From positions 1 through 56,239 of the IMG/VR virus record IMGVR_UViG_3300044711_000029: a stretch of DNA of 56,239 nt; one strand, 5' to 3'. This document shows positions 26,202-35,110 of this stretch, piece after piece. Each line of letters starts with the position of its first letter. Position 1 is the stretch's first letter. The stretch is from a virus (Duplodnaviria > Caudoviricetes). Under the pieces are notes generated by a model. It ran no database searches and was not told where the DNA came from. It saw nothing but the letters and a program-made list of their open reading frames with translations. Both the position numbers and the translations under genes were made by a program.

Positions 26202-26867
26202 ATGACAACCCTACTGGCCTACCACAACGACCCCGCAATCAAGCGGAAGTACATGCGTCGTGTCGCTGCCCATCGCAAGGCGGACGAACTCTGCCAGGGC
26301 GTTCCGTGGGAGTCGAACGGCGTGACTCGTGGTTGTGCTGTGGGCTGCACGCTGCACGCCTACGACCACTCCCGCTATCCAATCGAACTTGGCGTGCCGG
26401 AGGATATTGCGCACTTAGAGGACGCCATTTTCGAGGGGCTGCCGAAGAAAGACGCCCTGGATTGGCCAACGCGGTTTCTGTCTGCGATTCCTGTTGGCGC
26501 GGATCTCTCTCTCGTTAGCGCTCAATTCGCCGTCTGGTGCCTGACGGATGAGAAGTGGGGAGCGACCGCATTGCCGGATCAACCAGCAGACGCAATTGAA
26601 CGCTGCCGGCGTGTCGCCGCTCTATGGCAGCGCGTCGTTGATGGTGAGTACATCGAAACTCTGCGAGCAGAATTCCGCAAGGAGGAGGCTGGGGCTGGGG
26701 CTTGGGCTTGGGCTTGGGCTTGGGCTTGGGCTTGGGCTGGGGTTGTGGCTTGGGCTGGGGCTTGGGTTGGGGCTTGGGCTGGGGCTGGGGCGCAATTCTG
26801 GCGCGCTGCCGCTGACAAGCTGGAATCGCTACTCAAGGCCGCGCCGCGAAAGGTTGGTGCCAAATGA
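26202..26867 (+). CDS. conserved phage hypothetical protein with Ala-Trp/Gly dipeptide repeat
   Basis: AYH.D...K, GCAVGCT, LED.IFE.L, FL.AIPVGADLS; alternative start 26181. Confidence 0.8.
   Translation: MTTLLAYHNDPAIKRKYMRRVAAHRKADELCQGVPWESNGVTRGCAVGCTLHAYDHSRYPIELGVPEDIAHLEDAIFEGLPKKDALDWPTRFLSAIPVGADLSLVSAQFAVWCLTDEKWGATALPDQPADAIERCRRVAALWQRVVDGEYIETLRAEFRKEEAGAGAWAWAWAWAWAWAGVVAWAGAWVGAWAGAGAQFWRAAADKLESLLKAAPRKVGAK
26688..26789. repeat. 17 x 6-bp tandem repeat (GCTTGG/GCTGGG) encoding AW/AG
   Basis: Directly visible. Confidence 0.95.
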
Positions 26868-27055
26868 GCCCCGAACACTTCCTCTCCTCCGCTGCCGAAG
26901 CCGTCCGCTCCGAATCGGAACGCCGGCGCGGGGACGATGAGCGCCGCTGGCTGTTTGGCGAGGAGAAGCAATCGCCTCGCTGGCTGGTCTGGCTGATGGC
27001 GTGGGCGGCAGTGGTGGGATTGGGGATGGTGGCAGTGTGGGAGATGAGGTTTTAA
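26864..27055 (+). CDS. small protein with C-terminal transmembrane helix
   Basis: WLVWLMAWAAVVGLGMVAVW; ATGA coupling. Confidence 0.6.
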   Translation: MSPEHFLSSAAEAVRSESERRRGDDERRWLFGEEKQSPRWLVWLMAWAAVVGLGMVAVWEMRF

Positions 27056-27067
27056 GGAGAGATTTGC

Positions 27068-27259
27068 ATGGAATGGGACAAGTCGGCTTTTGAACTACGA
27101 AGCGATAAATGGTACGCGGTCGTTGAGCGGATTAGCGGTCTTTGGCGATACCGAATCGTCAACGTTACAGGCTCAAGCGCGATCTGCTCAACGACGCCAT
27201 TCAAGACGAGTGATGACGCCATCGAAGAAGCGGAGAAGTGGATTGGAAAACATAAGTAG
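27068..27259 (+). CDS. hypothetical protein
   Basis: AAGGAG RBS. Confidence 0.6.
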   Translation: MEWDKSAFELRSDKWYAVVERISGLWRYRIVNVTGSSAICSTTPFKTSDDAIEEAEKWIGKHK

Positions 27260-27579
27260 CCCCTGCCCAACGGCGGGGGAGGTTGAAAGCCATAGCGCAG
27301 CGCGCGGAGCCCGTGAAAGCCGGGCTTGCTGGCGTGTTGAGTACACCTCATTGCGACTTACCAGTCACAAGGAGCCAGTTATGAAACGGCGGGTTAAAGA
27401 CCCGCGGGCTTGGTTGCACAGGGAACGCCCCGCAAGGGGAGCCGGGTTCGATCCCCGGAGCCGGGCCTTGATTGAGACACGGACTGGTCGGCCGGGAGCG
27501 ATGGAGCACTGGCCACCGGCAGCCTGCCTTGGAAGGCGTGGCTGCTGCGAACACGGGATGGAACGCCACGGAGGGCAGG
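27260..27579 (+). ncRNA. candidate structured non-coding RNA region (T-loop modules plus GGA-rich hairpins)
   Basis: Dense hairpins including CCGGG-TTCGATC-CCCGG T-arm at 27442-27458; about ten GGA motifs in 27481-27590. Confidence 0.55.
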
Positions 27580-27684
27580 ATGGATTGGGATTTCGTTGGT
27601 CAGTTGGTGCTGGGCCTAATTGCGGCAGCACCGTACGCCGTTTGGCTTTGGAGGAATCGTGACAGAACGACCGCTCACCGCTGA
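27580..27684 (+). CDS. small membrane peptide
   Basis: GGAGG RBS; hydrophobic 34 aa. Confidence 0.5.
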   Translation: MDWDFVGQLVLGLIAAAPYAVWLWRNRDRTTAHR

Positions 27685-27865
27685 CGACCTGCACATCTAT
27701 GGCGAGATCATCGACGGCATCCGCGCCGGCAACCAGCAGGACGTAGCGCTAGGCCGAGCGTGCCTGCAACTGGTGATGCGGAACGCTCCGACTGAAATCG
27801 TCGTGGTGCTGCTAGAGGCGATACGAAGCGAAGCGGTGAAGCAATCCGCGGCAACGCAGAACTGA
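27659..27865 (+). CDS. hypothetical protein
   Basis: GGAGG RBS, GTG start. Confidence 0.55.
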   Translation: MTERPLTADDLHIYGEIIDGIRAGNQQDVALGRACLQLVMRNAPTEIVVVLLEAIRSEAVKQSAATQN

Positions 27866-27866
27866 A

Positions 27867-28064
27867 ATGGACAGACCATTAACCCCCAGAGACTTCAAGG
27901 AGCGCAAGCCGCCTACCCGTGTGCGTGTCGTCGATGCGACCGGCGTACTGTCCGACTGGCTGGAAAATGAGCGGCTTTACACCGGCCTATACAAGATCAC
28001 GTCGCCCGACCCGGTGTGGTTTGGAGCGGAAGTGAATAAGGAACATTTGGAGTTTGAGAAGTAG
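27867..28064 (+). CDS. hypothetical protein
   Basis: Contiguous ORF in early operon. Confidence 0.55.
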   Translation: MDRPLTPRDFKERKPPTRVRVVDATGVLSDWLENERLYTGLYKITSPDPVWFGAEVNKEHLEFEK

Positions 28065-28115
28065 CGTAACCCATTCCCGGCGCGGGCCGGATAACCCAGA
28101 AGGAAAGGAATCGAA

Positions 28116-28364
28116 ATGTCCACAGCGTTAGCGGAACAGGAAGTTGTCGATATGAAAGAGACGCAGGGCGAGCCAGAGGCAGTGGTTGCGGAGTCCAATG
28201 GAAATCCGCCAGTTGATGCGCCGGCTGCGGATGCCCCTGATTACGTCCGCCAGCACTACGAAGCGATTTGCGAGGTGTGCAGCGATGAATTGGGCGGCGG
28301 TATCCATTCCGCTGCCATCGTAAGACAAGAGCGGATGGCGATGAAAAAGGACGGACGAAGATGA
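28116..28364 (+). CDS. acidic hypothetical protein
   Basis: AAGGA RBS. Confidence 0.6.
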   Translation: MSTALAEQEVVDMKETQGEPEAVVAESNGNPPVDAPAADAPDYVRQHYEAICEVCSDELGGGIHSAAIVRQERMAMKKDGRR

Positions 28365-28420
28365 CCCACCTAACCCACCCGCCCGGCCAATCGCCGCGGC
28401 GGATTCAAAGGTAAGCACCA

Positions 28421-28618
28421 ATGCACCTAAAAGCTACCGTCGTGTCCATCGAATCCGCTTCTCGTTTCACCGACGCACTGCCCAGGATCACGCTGCGGCT
28501 GGATGGCTGCGACCCGTTAAACAACGAGATTCGGATGCCGATGACGAGCGGGTTTTGTGCGCTGAATGACCGCTATGTAGTGGAGATTACGCGGGTGGAA
28601 GAGGAGCAGGCAACGTGA
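28421..28618 (+). CDS. hypothetical protein
   Basis: Coupled to next gene. Confidence 0.55.
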   Translation: MHLKATVVSIESASRFTDALPRITLRLDGCDPLNNEIRMPMTSGFCALNDRYVVEITRVEEEQAT

Positions 28619-28818
28619 GCCAATCGCCGCAAACCACCGACCGCGTCAGCCTCGACCTGGCCCACGAGCTAGTGGAGCTGCTCAGCGAGGCGGGCGTGGA
28701 AATATTCAACGCCTACGGGCCTGGCAACGTCGTGCTAATGCGGCTCGCAGTTATGCGGGAGCGGATTCAGAAGGCATCATTAACCAATCTACAGGAGATT
28801 GACCATGCTCGCAGTTGA
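28615..28818 (+). CDS. hypothetical protein
   Basis: GTGA coupling, GAGGAG RBS. Confidence 0.55.
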   Translation: MSQSPQTTDRVSLDLAHELVELLSEAGVEIFNAYGPGNVVLMRLAVMRERIQKASLTNLQEIDHARS

Positions 28819-29374
28819 GACGTTTGAATGCACAGAGACAGCCGCCGAGCCAATCGAGGCGACCGAGGAGGCGGTGGCGTTGATGACTGACCTTGGGCTC
28901 GACGGCCAGTTGCAACTAGTTCGCCACAAGACAGAACAGCAACACGCCGCCCGTTCGCCGTATCGGCTCATTACTGGGGAGGAATCGTTCATCTATGGCA
29001 CGCTTTGCCCTGAGCAAGTGCCACTGGAACAATATCGCGCAGGCCCCATCCCATTGCGAGTGCTGCAAATCGCCTCGCACGTCAAGGCACTGGGAATCTG
29101 CAAGCGGTTGGAAGTTTGGGACAAGGTGTCGGCAGTCGTGCAAGACCCTGTTTTGGTTGGCCATGCTCACGACAGGTACGAATACAATTCCGACAAAATT
29201 CGCACCTTCATCCTGGCCCGCTGGGGCGAAGTTCTGGAGACATTCTCCACGCTCCGCAAGCAGGCGTTGAGCGTCCGCCGCGAGCAGTTGATTCAGCAGG
29301 CACAGAGCATTGCCAAGCAGGCGGAAGGGGCGACGGATGAAGAAGTAATGCGGCACATCTCTGTGCAGTGGTAA
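28805..29374 (+). CDS. conserved phage hypothetical protein
   Basis: CP....Y...IP.RVL...DPVLVG...ARWG; AGGAG RBS. Confidence 0.7.
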   Translation: MLAVETFECTETAAEPIEATEEAVALMTDLGLDGQLQLVRHKTEQQHAARSPYRLITGEESFIYGTLCPEQVPLEQYRAGPIPLRVLQIASHVKALGICKRLEVWDKVSAVVQDPVLVGHAHDRYEYNSDKIRTFILARWGEVLETFSTLRKQALSVRREQLIQQAQSIAKQAEGATDEEVMRHISVQW

Positions 29375-29411
29375 TTCAGCAGGCAGAACTGACGGCGGGG
29401 AGGGAAGTGGC

Positions 29412-29588
29412 GTGAACGACATCTTCGACTACCACGAACGCCAGGCCCGCGAGTCCATCTGGGAGAAGCGGATGGAGAGGGAGGCGAGGTTTGAGCCGCC
29501 GACGCAGGAGGTGGTGGAGAAGGCGCTGGAGGTGAATGGGGTGGTGGTGCCTGTCGAGGCTGAGAAGCCAGAAGGGGAAAGATCGTGA
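29412..29588 (+). CDS. 58-aa hypothetical protein
   Basis: GTG after GGAGGG, GTGA overlap with next gene; below ORF-track cutoff. Confidence 0.5.
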   Translation: MNDIFDYHERQARESIWEKRMEREARFEPPTQEVVEKALEVNGVVVPVEAEKPEGERS

Positions 29589-30487
29589 GTGAGTTGATTG
29601 TCGCACCTGAAAACGAAATGGCCATCGCGCCTGTCCACGAGCAGTTGCCGTCCACGGACCTGCGCCATTCCATGATGATGATGCCGGTGGAGCAGCAGAA
29701 TCAATTTCTCGTCCTCTACAAGGCGCGCCGCGACAACTTCCGCTCGTGGCTGATGTCCCAGCTTATAGAAGGCGTCCATTACGGCGTCGTTCCAGGCTGC
29801 GAACCAAAGAGCGAGCAACGCGCCGACGGAACCTACTACGGCGTTTGGAATGGAAAGAAGAAGGCCCTCGACTGGCATCACGAAAGGCAGTGGACCCCCA
29901 AGCCATCGCTCTATGCCGCCGGGGCTGATTTCATTTGTGACATTCTCGGCGTGCGGGATGAATATGAAACGGACGCCGTTGGTTGGCAGCAGATGGGATC
30001 AAAGGCTGGAAACGCGGTTGTGAAGTGCAAGTTATTCAGCCGGGCAACCGGCGACCTTATCGGCGAATCGCTGGGGGCGTACTACCACCAGTATGACCCG
30101 AACAACGCCTTGAAGATGGCTAGCAAGTGCGCAAAAGTTGGGGCGGTAATTAACGCTTACGACCTTCGCGACCTGTTCACACAGGATGCCCCAGCACAGC
30201 CGCCTCACGATAACCCAGCCCCTAACCCAGCGGCCCCGCAAGAGCAGCCGCGGGCCAAGCGGCAGGCTCCAGCCATCACCAAGGAGCAATGCGCCGCCCT
30301 GCTCGTGGCGTGGCGTCCGCACAATCCAGAGGCGTCTGGCGACGTGAAGAAGTGGAACGAGCGGTTCTACGCCTGGGCCGCCAAGACGGCCGGCAGGCAG
30401 TTCGACGCCAGCAAGTCAGCCAACTGGACACAAGACGATTTCAACGCCTGCGATGCGGCCCTGTCAGTTATGGAGGGCTGCAAATGA
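29585..30487 (+). CDS. putative single-strand annealing (recombination) protein
   Basis: HYGVVPG...KPSLY..GA, N.ALKMA.K.A...A...LFTQD; directly upstream of an exonuclease. Confidence 0.65.
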   Translation: MSELIVAPENEMAIAPVHEQLPSTDLRHSMMMMPVEQQNQFLVLYKARRDNFRSWLMSQLIEGVHYGVVPGCEPKSEQRADGTYYGVWNGKKKALDWHHERQWTPKPSLYAAGADFICDILGVRDEYETDAVGWQQMGSKAGNAVVKCKLFSRATGDLIGESLGAYYHQYDPNNALKMASKCAKVGAVINAYDLRDLFTQDAPAQPPHDNPAPNPAAPQEQPRAKRQAPAITKEQCAALLVAWRPHNPEASGDVKKWNERFYAWAAKTAGRQFDASKSANWTQDDFNACDAALSVMEGCK

Positions 30488-31536
30488 GGAAGGTAACGCC
30501 AGCCGAATACCGCGAGGCCCTCAAGTCGTTCGTTGACCAGCCGGACGGTGGTTTGTACGTGGTGGACCGCAGCACCTTGCAGCACTGGGCAGACTGCCCG
30601 TGGCAGGCCAAGGCAATCGCCGATGGCCGCTGCCGAACCGTTGGAATCGCCGCAGAAGCTGGCTCAGCGGTTCATCCCGCCTTCTCGGCCGTCACTATCG
30701 AATGGATTGCAAGCCAAGGCGCCATGTCCCCCGTGGACCTGCGGCAGGACGTAGAGCACCATCTGCGGAACTCCCGGCCAGACATTCAGCCAGAAGCCCT
30801 CGCAGCAGCCATGCCGTCGCTGTGGCAGTGGGCCAAGCTGATTAGCTCTATTCACCCGGGTAACATCCTCGGATTTGACGGCGGGGAAGAATTGGACCCG
30901 CCCCGCTCTGGGCAACTGGCCTACGACATCGTTGACCTGGGGGTACGAATCACGGGCGAGCTGGACCTGATTTGCTCGACTGAATCTTTGGAAGTGCTGG
31001 ACGTTTACGACTACAAGACCGGCTGGAAAACGCATGAGGTTGGCGACGTTGCCAGCAGCTTTCAATTTCAGTTCTACGCTGTGCTGGCCCTGGAAACGTA
31101 CCCCAAGGTTGAATGCGTCCGGTTCAAGGTGTTTGACACGCGGGCCAACAGGCTGACCTATGCCGTGCCGTTCACGCGGGCACGCAAGCACGATTACATG
31201 GTTCGCATCCGCTCGGCAATCGAGTCGATGAGGACGCACAACCACGACAACCCGCCGACGTGGCCCGTGCTGGAAAAATGCTCCATCTGCCCCGCTGCGG
31301 CCCTCTGCCCGGTGGCAGATGAGGCGATTGCCGACCTCGCAGCAGACCCGCCTGGATTCGTCAAAAAGATGGTGGCGGTTGGCGCTCGCCTGGACGCCAT
31401 GCAAGCCCTTGCCGCGAAGTACGTTGACGCCAGCGGGCAGGACATCGAGTGCGGGGAACTGCGGTTCGGCCGCAACAAGCCGAAGTCAACTAAGAAATCA
31501 CCTGCCACGCTTTACGAACTCTCTATCAAGGAATGA
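30484..31536 (+). CDS. PD-(D/E)XK exonuclease, RecB/Cas4-like
   Basis: CP..., G..VH, GELDL, DYKTG, Q..FY and C..CP....CP motifs. Confidence 0.85.
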   Translation: MRKVTPAEYREALKSFVDQPDGGLYVVDRSTLQHWADCPWQAKAIADGRCRTVGIAAEAGSAVHPAFSAVTIEWIASQGAMSPVDLRQDVEHHLRNSRPDIQPEALAAAMPSLWQWAKLISSIHPGNILGFDGGEELDPPRSGQLAYDIVDLGVRITGELDLICSTESLEVLDVYDYKTGWKTHEVGDVASSFQFQFYAVLALETYPKVECVRFKVFDTRANRLTYAVPFTRARKHDYMVRIRSAIESMRTHNHDNPPTWPVLEKCSICPAAALCPVADEAIADLAADPPGFVKKMVAVGARLDAMQALAAKYVDASGQDIECGELRFGRNKPKSTKKSPATLYELSIKE

Positions 31537-31538
31537 CC

Positions 31539-31757
31539 ATGACAACCGCAGTAGCAAAACCCAAAGCAGCGCGGTCCATCGTGACGACGAAGCTGACCGC
31601 GGAAGGCGTCAAGACGGCGTTATCAAAGTCGGCGAGCGACCAATTGGAACGATCGGCCGAACTGTGCAGCCACCTTGAGGAGCTACCGCAGTTCAAGGAA
31701 TTAGCGCACGCGGCGGGTTTCGCGCTGACTGAGTTACTCGCCAAGTTCAAAGAATAG
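31539..31757 (+). CDS. hypothetical protein
   Basis: AAGGA RBS. Confidence 0.6.
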   Translation: MTTAVAKPKAARSIVTTKLTAEGVKTALSKSASDQLERSAELCSHLEELPQFKELAHAAGFALTELLAKFKE

Positions 31758-31887
31758 CAGTTCGGCGACTTGTCGTCGCCAACAAGGGGCCCCGGCCGTT
31801 GTTGTCCCTATGGCGTCTGGGGCTTTTGAGATAACCATGCCAGGCAGCTTCCGACGATTGCTGAGAAACCTGCGAAAGGTAGATGAA

Positions 31888-32064
31888 ATGAAGGACCGCC
31901 ACATTTGCACCGCTGCCGATCCCTGGACGCCTGAGAAGGGCACGCGGGCCGAGCATCCCGACGCGAAGGAAGTCAGCGACCGGGACTACGGCGGTGGAGA
32001 GTATTGCGTCACGTACAAATGCCCGCACTGCGGCAAGGTTTTTGAAGTGGAGATAGCCCAATGA
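31888..32064 (+). CDS. small zinc-ribbon protein
   Basis: C...H.DA...YKCPHCG. Confidence 0.65.
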   Translation: MKDRHICTAADPWTPEKGTRAEHPDAKEVSDRDYGGGEYCVTYKCPHCGKVFEVEIAQ

Positions 32065-32303
32065 ACGAGACTCTCCAAGCCTTTGCACGGCAGACATTGA
32101 AGGACGGTCTGGCGCAACTGGGTGACGGCGAGCACCGCCTATTCAAGCTGATGTACGGCCGCAATGGTGGCAAGCGAAGCGTGGAGGACGCTTTGGCAAT
32201 GCCAATCGACGCCGTTGTGGATGAAGTCAGGCCCGAACAGCTCGATTGGGCAATGCGGCAAGTAGATGGCTCGTTGTATCAAAAAGCGGAGATATCCCAA
32301 TGA
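32061..32303 (+). CDS. hypothetical protein (cassette flanked by 16-bp repeats)
   Basis: ATGA coupling at both ends. Confidence 0.65.
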   Translation: MNETLQAFARQTLKDGLAQLGDGEHRLFKLMYGRNGGKRSVEDALAMPIDAVVDEVRPEQLDWAMRQVDGSLYQKAEISQ

Positions 32304-32593
32304 GCTTTGAAGACAACCCCGCCGAGGAAGACCCCCATGGCGAATGTCGGCATGAAATCCACGCTCTGCAAACCAAGTTGGCGGCGCTGGTCGCGGCTGT
32401 TCAAGGCTATTGCGGCCTAGATGGTCGCGATGGCTCAAGGGCGATTCAGGCATGGTTTTCGGAATACCACAATCAGGACGACCAGATGCCCCACCCTAAT
32501 ACGTGCGACGAATGCGGCGAACTGGCTGTTGGTTACGACGCGGACAATGGGGCATCGCTGTGTGCCGCTCACTACAGAGCAAAGGGTAAGTGA
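32300..32593 (+). CDS. hypothetical protein with CxxC...CxxH
   Basis: GGAG RBS, coupling. Confidence 0.6.
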   Translation: MSFEDNPAEEDPHGECRHEIHALQTKLAALVAAVQGYCGLDGRDGSRAIQAWFSEYHNQDDQMPHPNTCDECGELAVGYDADNGASLCAAHYRAKGK

Positions 32594-32809
32594 ATGAACG
32601 CCTCCACCCTCTCCACCTTCATCGACGCCCACCGCCGCATCCACGGCCACTTGCCAAAGCTACGGGAACTCGTCGAGCAGGCAGACGGAAAACTGCTTAA
32701 TGTATTGATGTGCCTGATGGAGTTGGACGACGCGCGGAAGGACGAACTGCGGCAGATGGCGAGGGCGGATAGGGCGGAACAGAAGAGAAGGCAAGGGGGG
32801 CGGACATGA
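32594..32809 (+). CDS. hypothetical protein
   Basis: Contiguous ORF. Confidence 0.55.
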   Translation: MNASTLSTFIDAHRRIHGHLPKLRELVEQADGKLLNVLMCLMELDDARKDELRQMARADRAEQKRRQGGRT

Positions 32810-33051
32810 ATGAATCTCTATTGAGCCTCGTTCGCAGCGACGGCCCGGCGACGGTCGAAGAATTCTTCAACGACTGCCGGATTCTGAGATATGCCTGCAA
32901 AAGACCGGACCTGCCGAAGGACGCTGGTGAGCTGTTGGAGCAGATGCTTGAACTGGAACAGGCTGGCAGCGTGCGGCTGACGGAGAAGGGGTGGGAGGCG
33001 GTTTACGCCGAGAGGAAACCGGAGCCAACGGAAAGGCGGTTATTCGCGTGA
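32806..33051 (+). CDS. hypothetical protein
   Basis: Coupled ORF. Confidence 0.55.
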   Translation: MNESLLSLVRSDGPATVEEFFNDCRILRYACKRPDLPKDAGELLEQMLELEQAGSVRLTEKGWEAVYAERKPEPTERRLFA

Positions 33052-33440
33052 ACCGTAAACTCGTTTACCGCTATCACTGTGACTTCTGCAAGAAGGCAAA
33101 TTGCTCCGCGCCTTCGATTGCCAAGCACGAGCGAGGTTGCACGGCTAACCCTGCCCGCGTTTGCGGCATGTGCAAGGCTGTTGGTCATCCACAGATGCTA
33201 CTGACTGACATCTTAAAGGCGCTTAGGCATGACGTAGCCACGACAGAGCCCGACGAGGACGGCCTGCGATCGTGTAAGCCTGGCTTGGCATGGGAAGCGG
33301 CAAACTGCTGTCCGGCGTGCCTCTTAGCAGCAATTCGGCAAATCAAAAAGACAGATGACCTGCAATTCGATTGGGACTTCAAGGCGGCGAAGCAGAGGTT
33401 TTGGAACGGTCACAACCGAGATACAGCAGGAGTGTATTGA
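33048..33440 (+). CDS. Cys-rich zinc-binding phage protein
   Basis: CDFC..HE..C..NP.R.C.MC...CPAC.LAA.RQ. Confidence 0.7.
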   Translation: MNRKLVYRYHCDFCKKANCSAPSIAKHERGCTANPARVCGMCKAVGHPQMLLTDILKALRHDVATTEPDEDGLRSCKPGLAWEAANCCPACLLAAIRQIKKTDDLQFDWDFKAAKQRFWNGHNRDTAGVY

Positions 33441-33527
33441 CATTTAACCGCCGGCCGCGTGGCTGGCAAACCCCGTCCGCACTTCCTAAGCGGGACTTGC
33501 GGCGGGGATTTTACACAAGGGGGTTGC

Positions 33528-33764
33528 GTGGCAGATATTTTGAAATCATCCGAGGTCAGGGTGTTTGGGGAAATCCGCCCAGACTCCCTCTATCGTGCCA
33601 CGGAGGCTTGTCGAAGGCTCGGATGGAGTGCTACGGCCTATCGAACTGCCAGACGCAGAGGGTTGGCCGTAAAGTATTTTGCCAATCGCGCCTATGTAAC
33701 CGGGAAAGCTATTTCTGATTTCATAGCGACCGAGGGCAGAGACACGAAGAATTCACGCGGGTAG
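33528..33764 (+). CDS. excisionase-like HTH DNA-binding protein
   Basis: LY...EA.RRLGW......ARRRGL; AAGGGG RBS. Confidence 0.6.
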   Translation: MADILKSSEVRVFGEIRPDSLYRATEACRRLGWSATAYRTARRRGLAVKYFANRAYVTGKAISDFIATEGRDTKNSRG

Positions 33765-33811
33765 ATGCTTGGGTTTTAGGATTCGAGACGGCAGGGAAAC
33801 GGATTGAGCCG

Positions 33812-34600
33812 ATGGCGCGGTCACGTAACATCAAGCCGGGGTTTTTCACCAACGAGGAGTTGGCAAGGCTGCCGGACGCTGCCCAGCTTCTATTCGCTGG
33901 GCTGTGGACGATTGCAGACCGCGATGGCCGTTTAGAGGACCGGCCGGCCCGCATCAACGCCCAAATCTTCCCCTACAAAAAACGAAACGTGGACCGTCTT
34001 TTAGATGACCTGGCCGGGGCAAGATTCATAGTCAGGTACGAGTCTGCTGGAGGCCGGTACATCCAGGTTTTGAACTTCTTACGGCATCAGACTCCACACG
34101 TAAAAGAACCTGCTAGTACCATTCCTGAACCGGACTTGTCTCAGTCTTTAATCAGTCCTGTCTGTCTTGCCACATATAGAGGGAATCAGGATGAGGGAAA
34201 GGGGAATCAGGAATCAGGAGGTGCAGCCAAGTTTTCGCCGCCGACCGTCGCTGAGGTTGCGGCCCACTGCGCCGAGCGTGCCAACGGCATCGACGCTGAG
34301 GCATTCGTGGCCCATTACGCATCGAAGGGCTGGCGTGTCGGCCGCAGTCCGATGAAGGATTGGAAATCCGCAGTTACGACCTGGGAGAAAAACAAAGGCC
34401 AGTTCAGCGGTGTAAACGGCACGAACGGAACGCCGCCACGGAATCCCCAAGCCGACCAAGCCAAGCGAGCGGAGGCGATTCGGAAGGCCGCCAATGATGC
34501 GGCGGCTAACGACATCATCAAGGCCGGGTTGAGGCTCGGCAAGTCCGACGAAGAAACCGATTTAGAGTTAACGGCCAGTGGGCTGACTCGACCAACGTAA
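33812..34600 (+). CDS. replication initiator / replisome organizer
   Basis: MAR.RNIKPGFF.NE.L, LW.IADRDGRL N-domain; F.PPT..EV...F..HY...GW.VG..PMKDWK.AV.TWE C-domain. Confidence 0.85.
   Translation: MARSRNIKPGFFTNEELARLPDAAQLLFAGLWTIADRDGRLEDRPARINAQIFPYKKRNVDRLLDDLAGARFIVRYESAGGRYIQVLNFLRHQTPHVKEPASTIPEPDLSQSLISPVCLATYRGNQDEGKGNQESGGAAKFSPPTVAEVAAHCAERANGIDAEAFVAHYASKGWRVGRSPMKDWKSAVTTWEKNKGQFSGVNGTNGTPPRNPQADQAKRAEAIRKAANDAAANDIIKAGLRLGKSDEETDLELTASGLTRPT
34140..34218. repeat. candidate origin iterons inside initiator gene
   Basis: GGAATCAGG at 34182, 34203 and 34210; TCAGTC twice; located in the interdomain linker as in lambdoid origins. Confidence 0.45.
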
Positions 34601-34630
34601 CCAGACCCGCCGGCTGATTAGGAGGCAACG

Positions 34631-35110
34631 ATGACCACCACAGAACTATTCGACTGCGGCCCTCGCGTCCCGCTTCCCAGCATGGGCAAGCGCAAAACCT
34701 ATTGCACGCCCGACCTGCCAGGCACCGGCCCGGAAGGCGAGACGTGCGGAACATGCCGCTACTTGGTTCGCAGGCGCAACAGCGAGGGCCGCGGCAACAC
34801 GCATCCCAAATGCGGCAAGATGCAGCACCGCTGGACGCACGGCGCCGCTACAGACATCCGCGTGCGTTGGCCGGCTTGCTCGCATTGGGACACGCTGTTG
34901 CCGGATTGGTGGCAGGACAAAAATCACGGCGACTCGGCAGAAGCCTTTGAGGTTGCCGCCGACTGGTGGCTTGATAGGGGCGAGGATGCTAAGGCGGACC
35001 TGATGCGGCGATGTGCTGTCAAGTTACGGGAGCGAGACGCCCGCCTGCAAGAGCAGGCGCGGCAGATTGTGCGGAAGTTCGACGCGAAGCACCTGGAGTC
35101 CCGCCCATGA
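34631..35110 (+). CDS. Cys-rich protein with C-terminal TIGR02996-like motif
   Basis: GTGPEGETCGTC...KC...W.HG..TDI....AC..W; AFEVAADWWLDRG. Confidence 0.7.
   Translation: MTTTELFDCGPRVPLPSMGKRKTYCTPDLPGTGPEGETCGTCRYLVRRRNSEGRGNTHPKCGKMQHRWTHGAATDIRVRWPACSHWDTLLPDWWQDKNHGDSAEAFEVAADWWLDRGEDAKADLMRRCAVKLRERDARLQEQARQIVRKFDAKHLESRP

Noticed and set aside
27407-27467. Canonical tRNA or tmRNA gene
   Set aside because: Only 61 nt, no 7-nt anticodon loop, no proper D-arm and no CCA; kept as a tRNA-like candidate only
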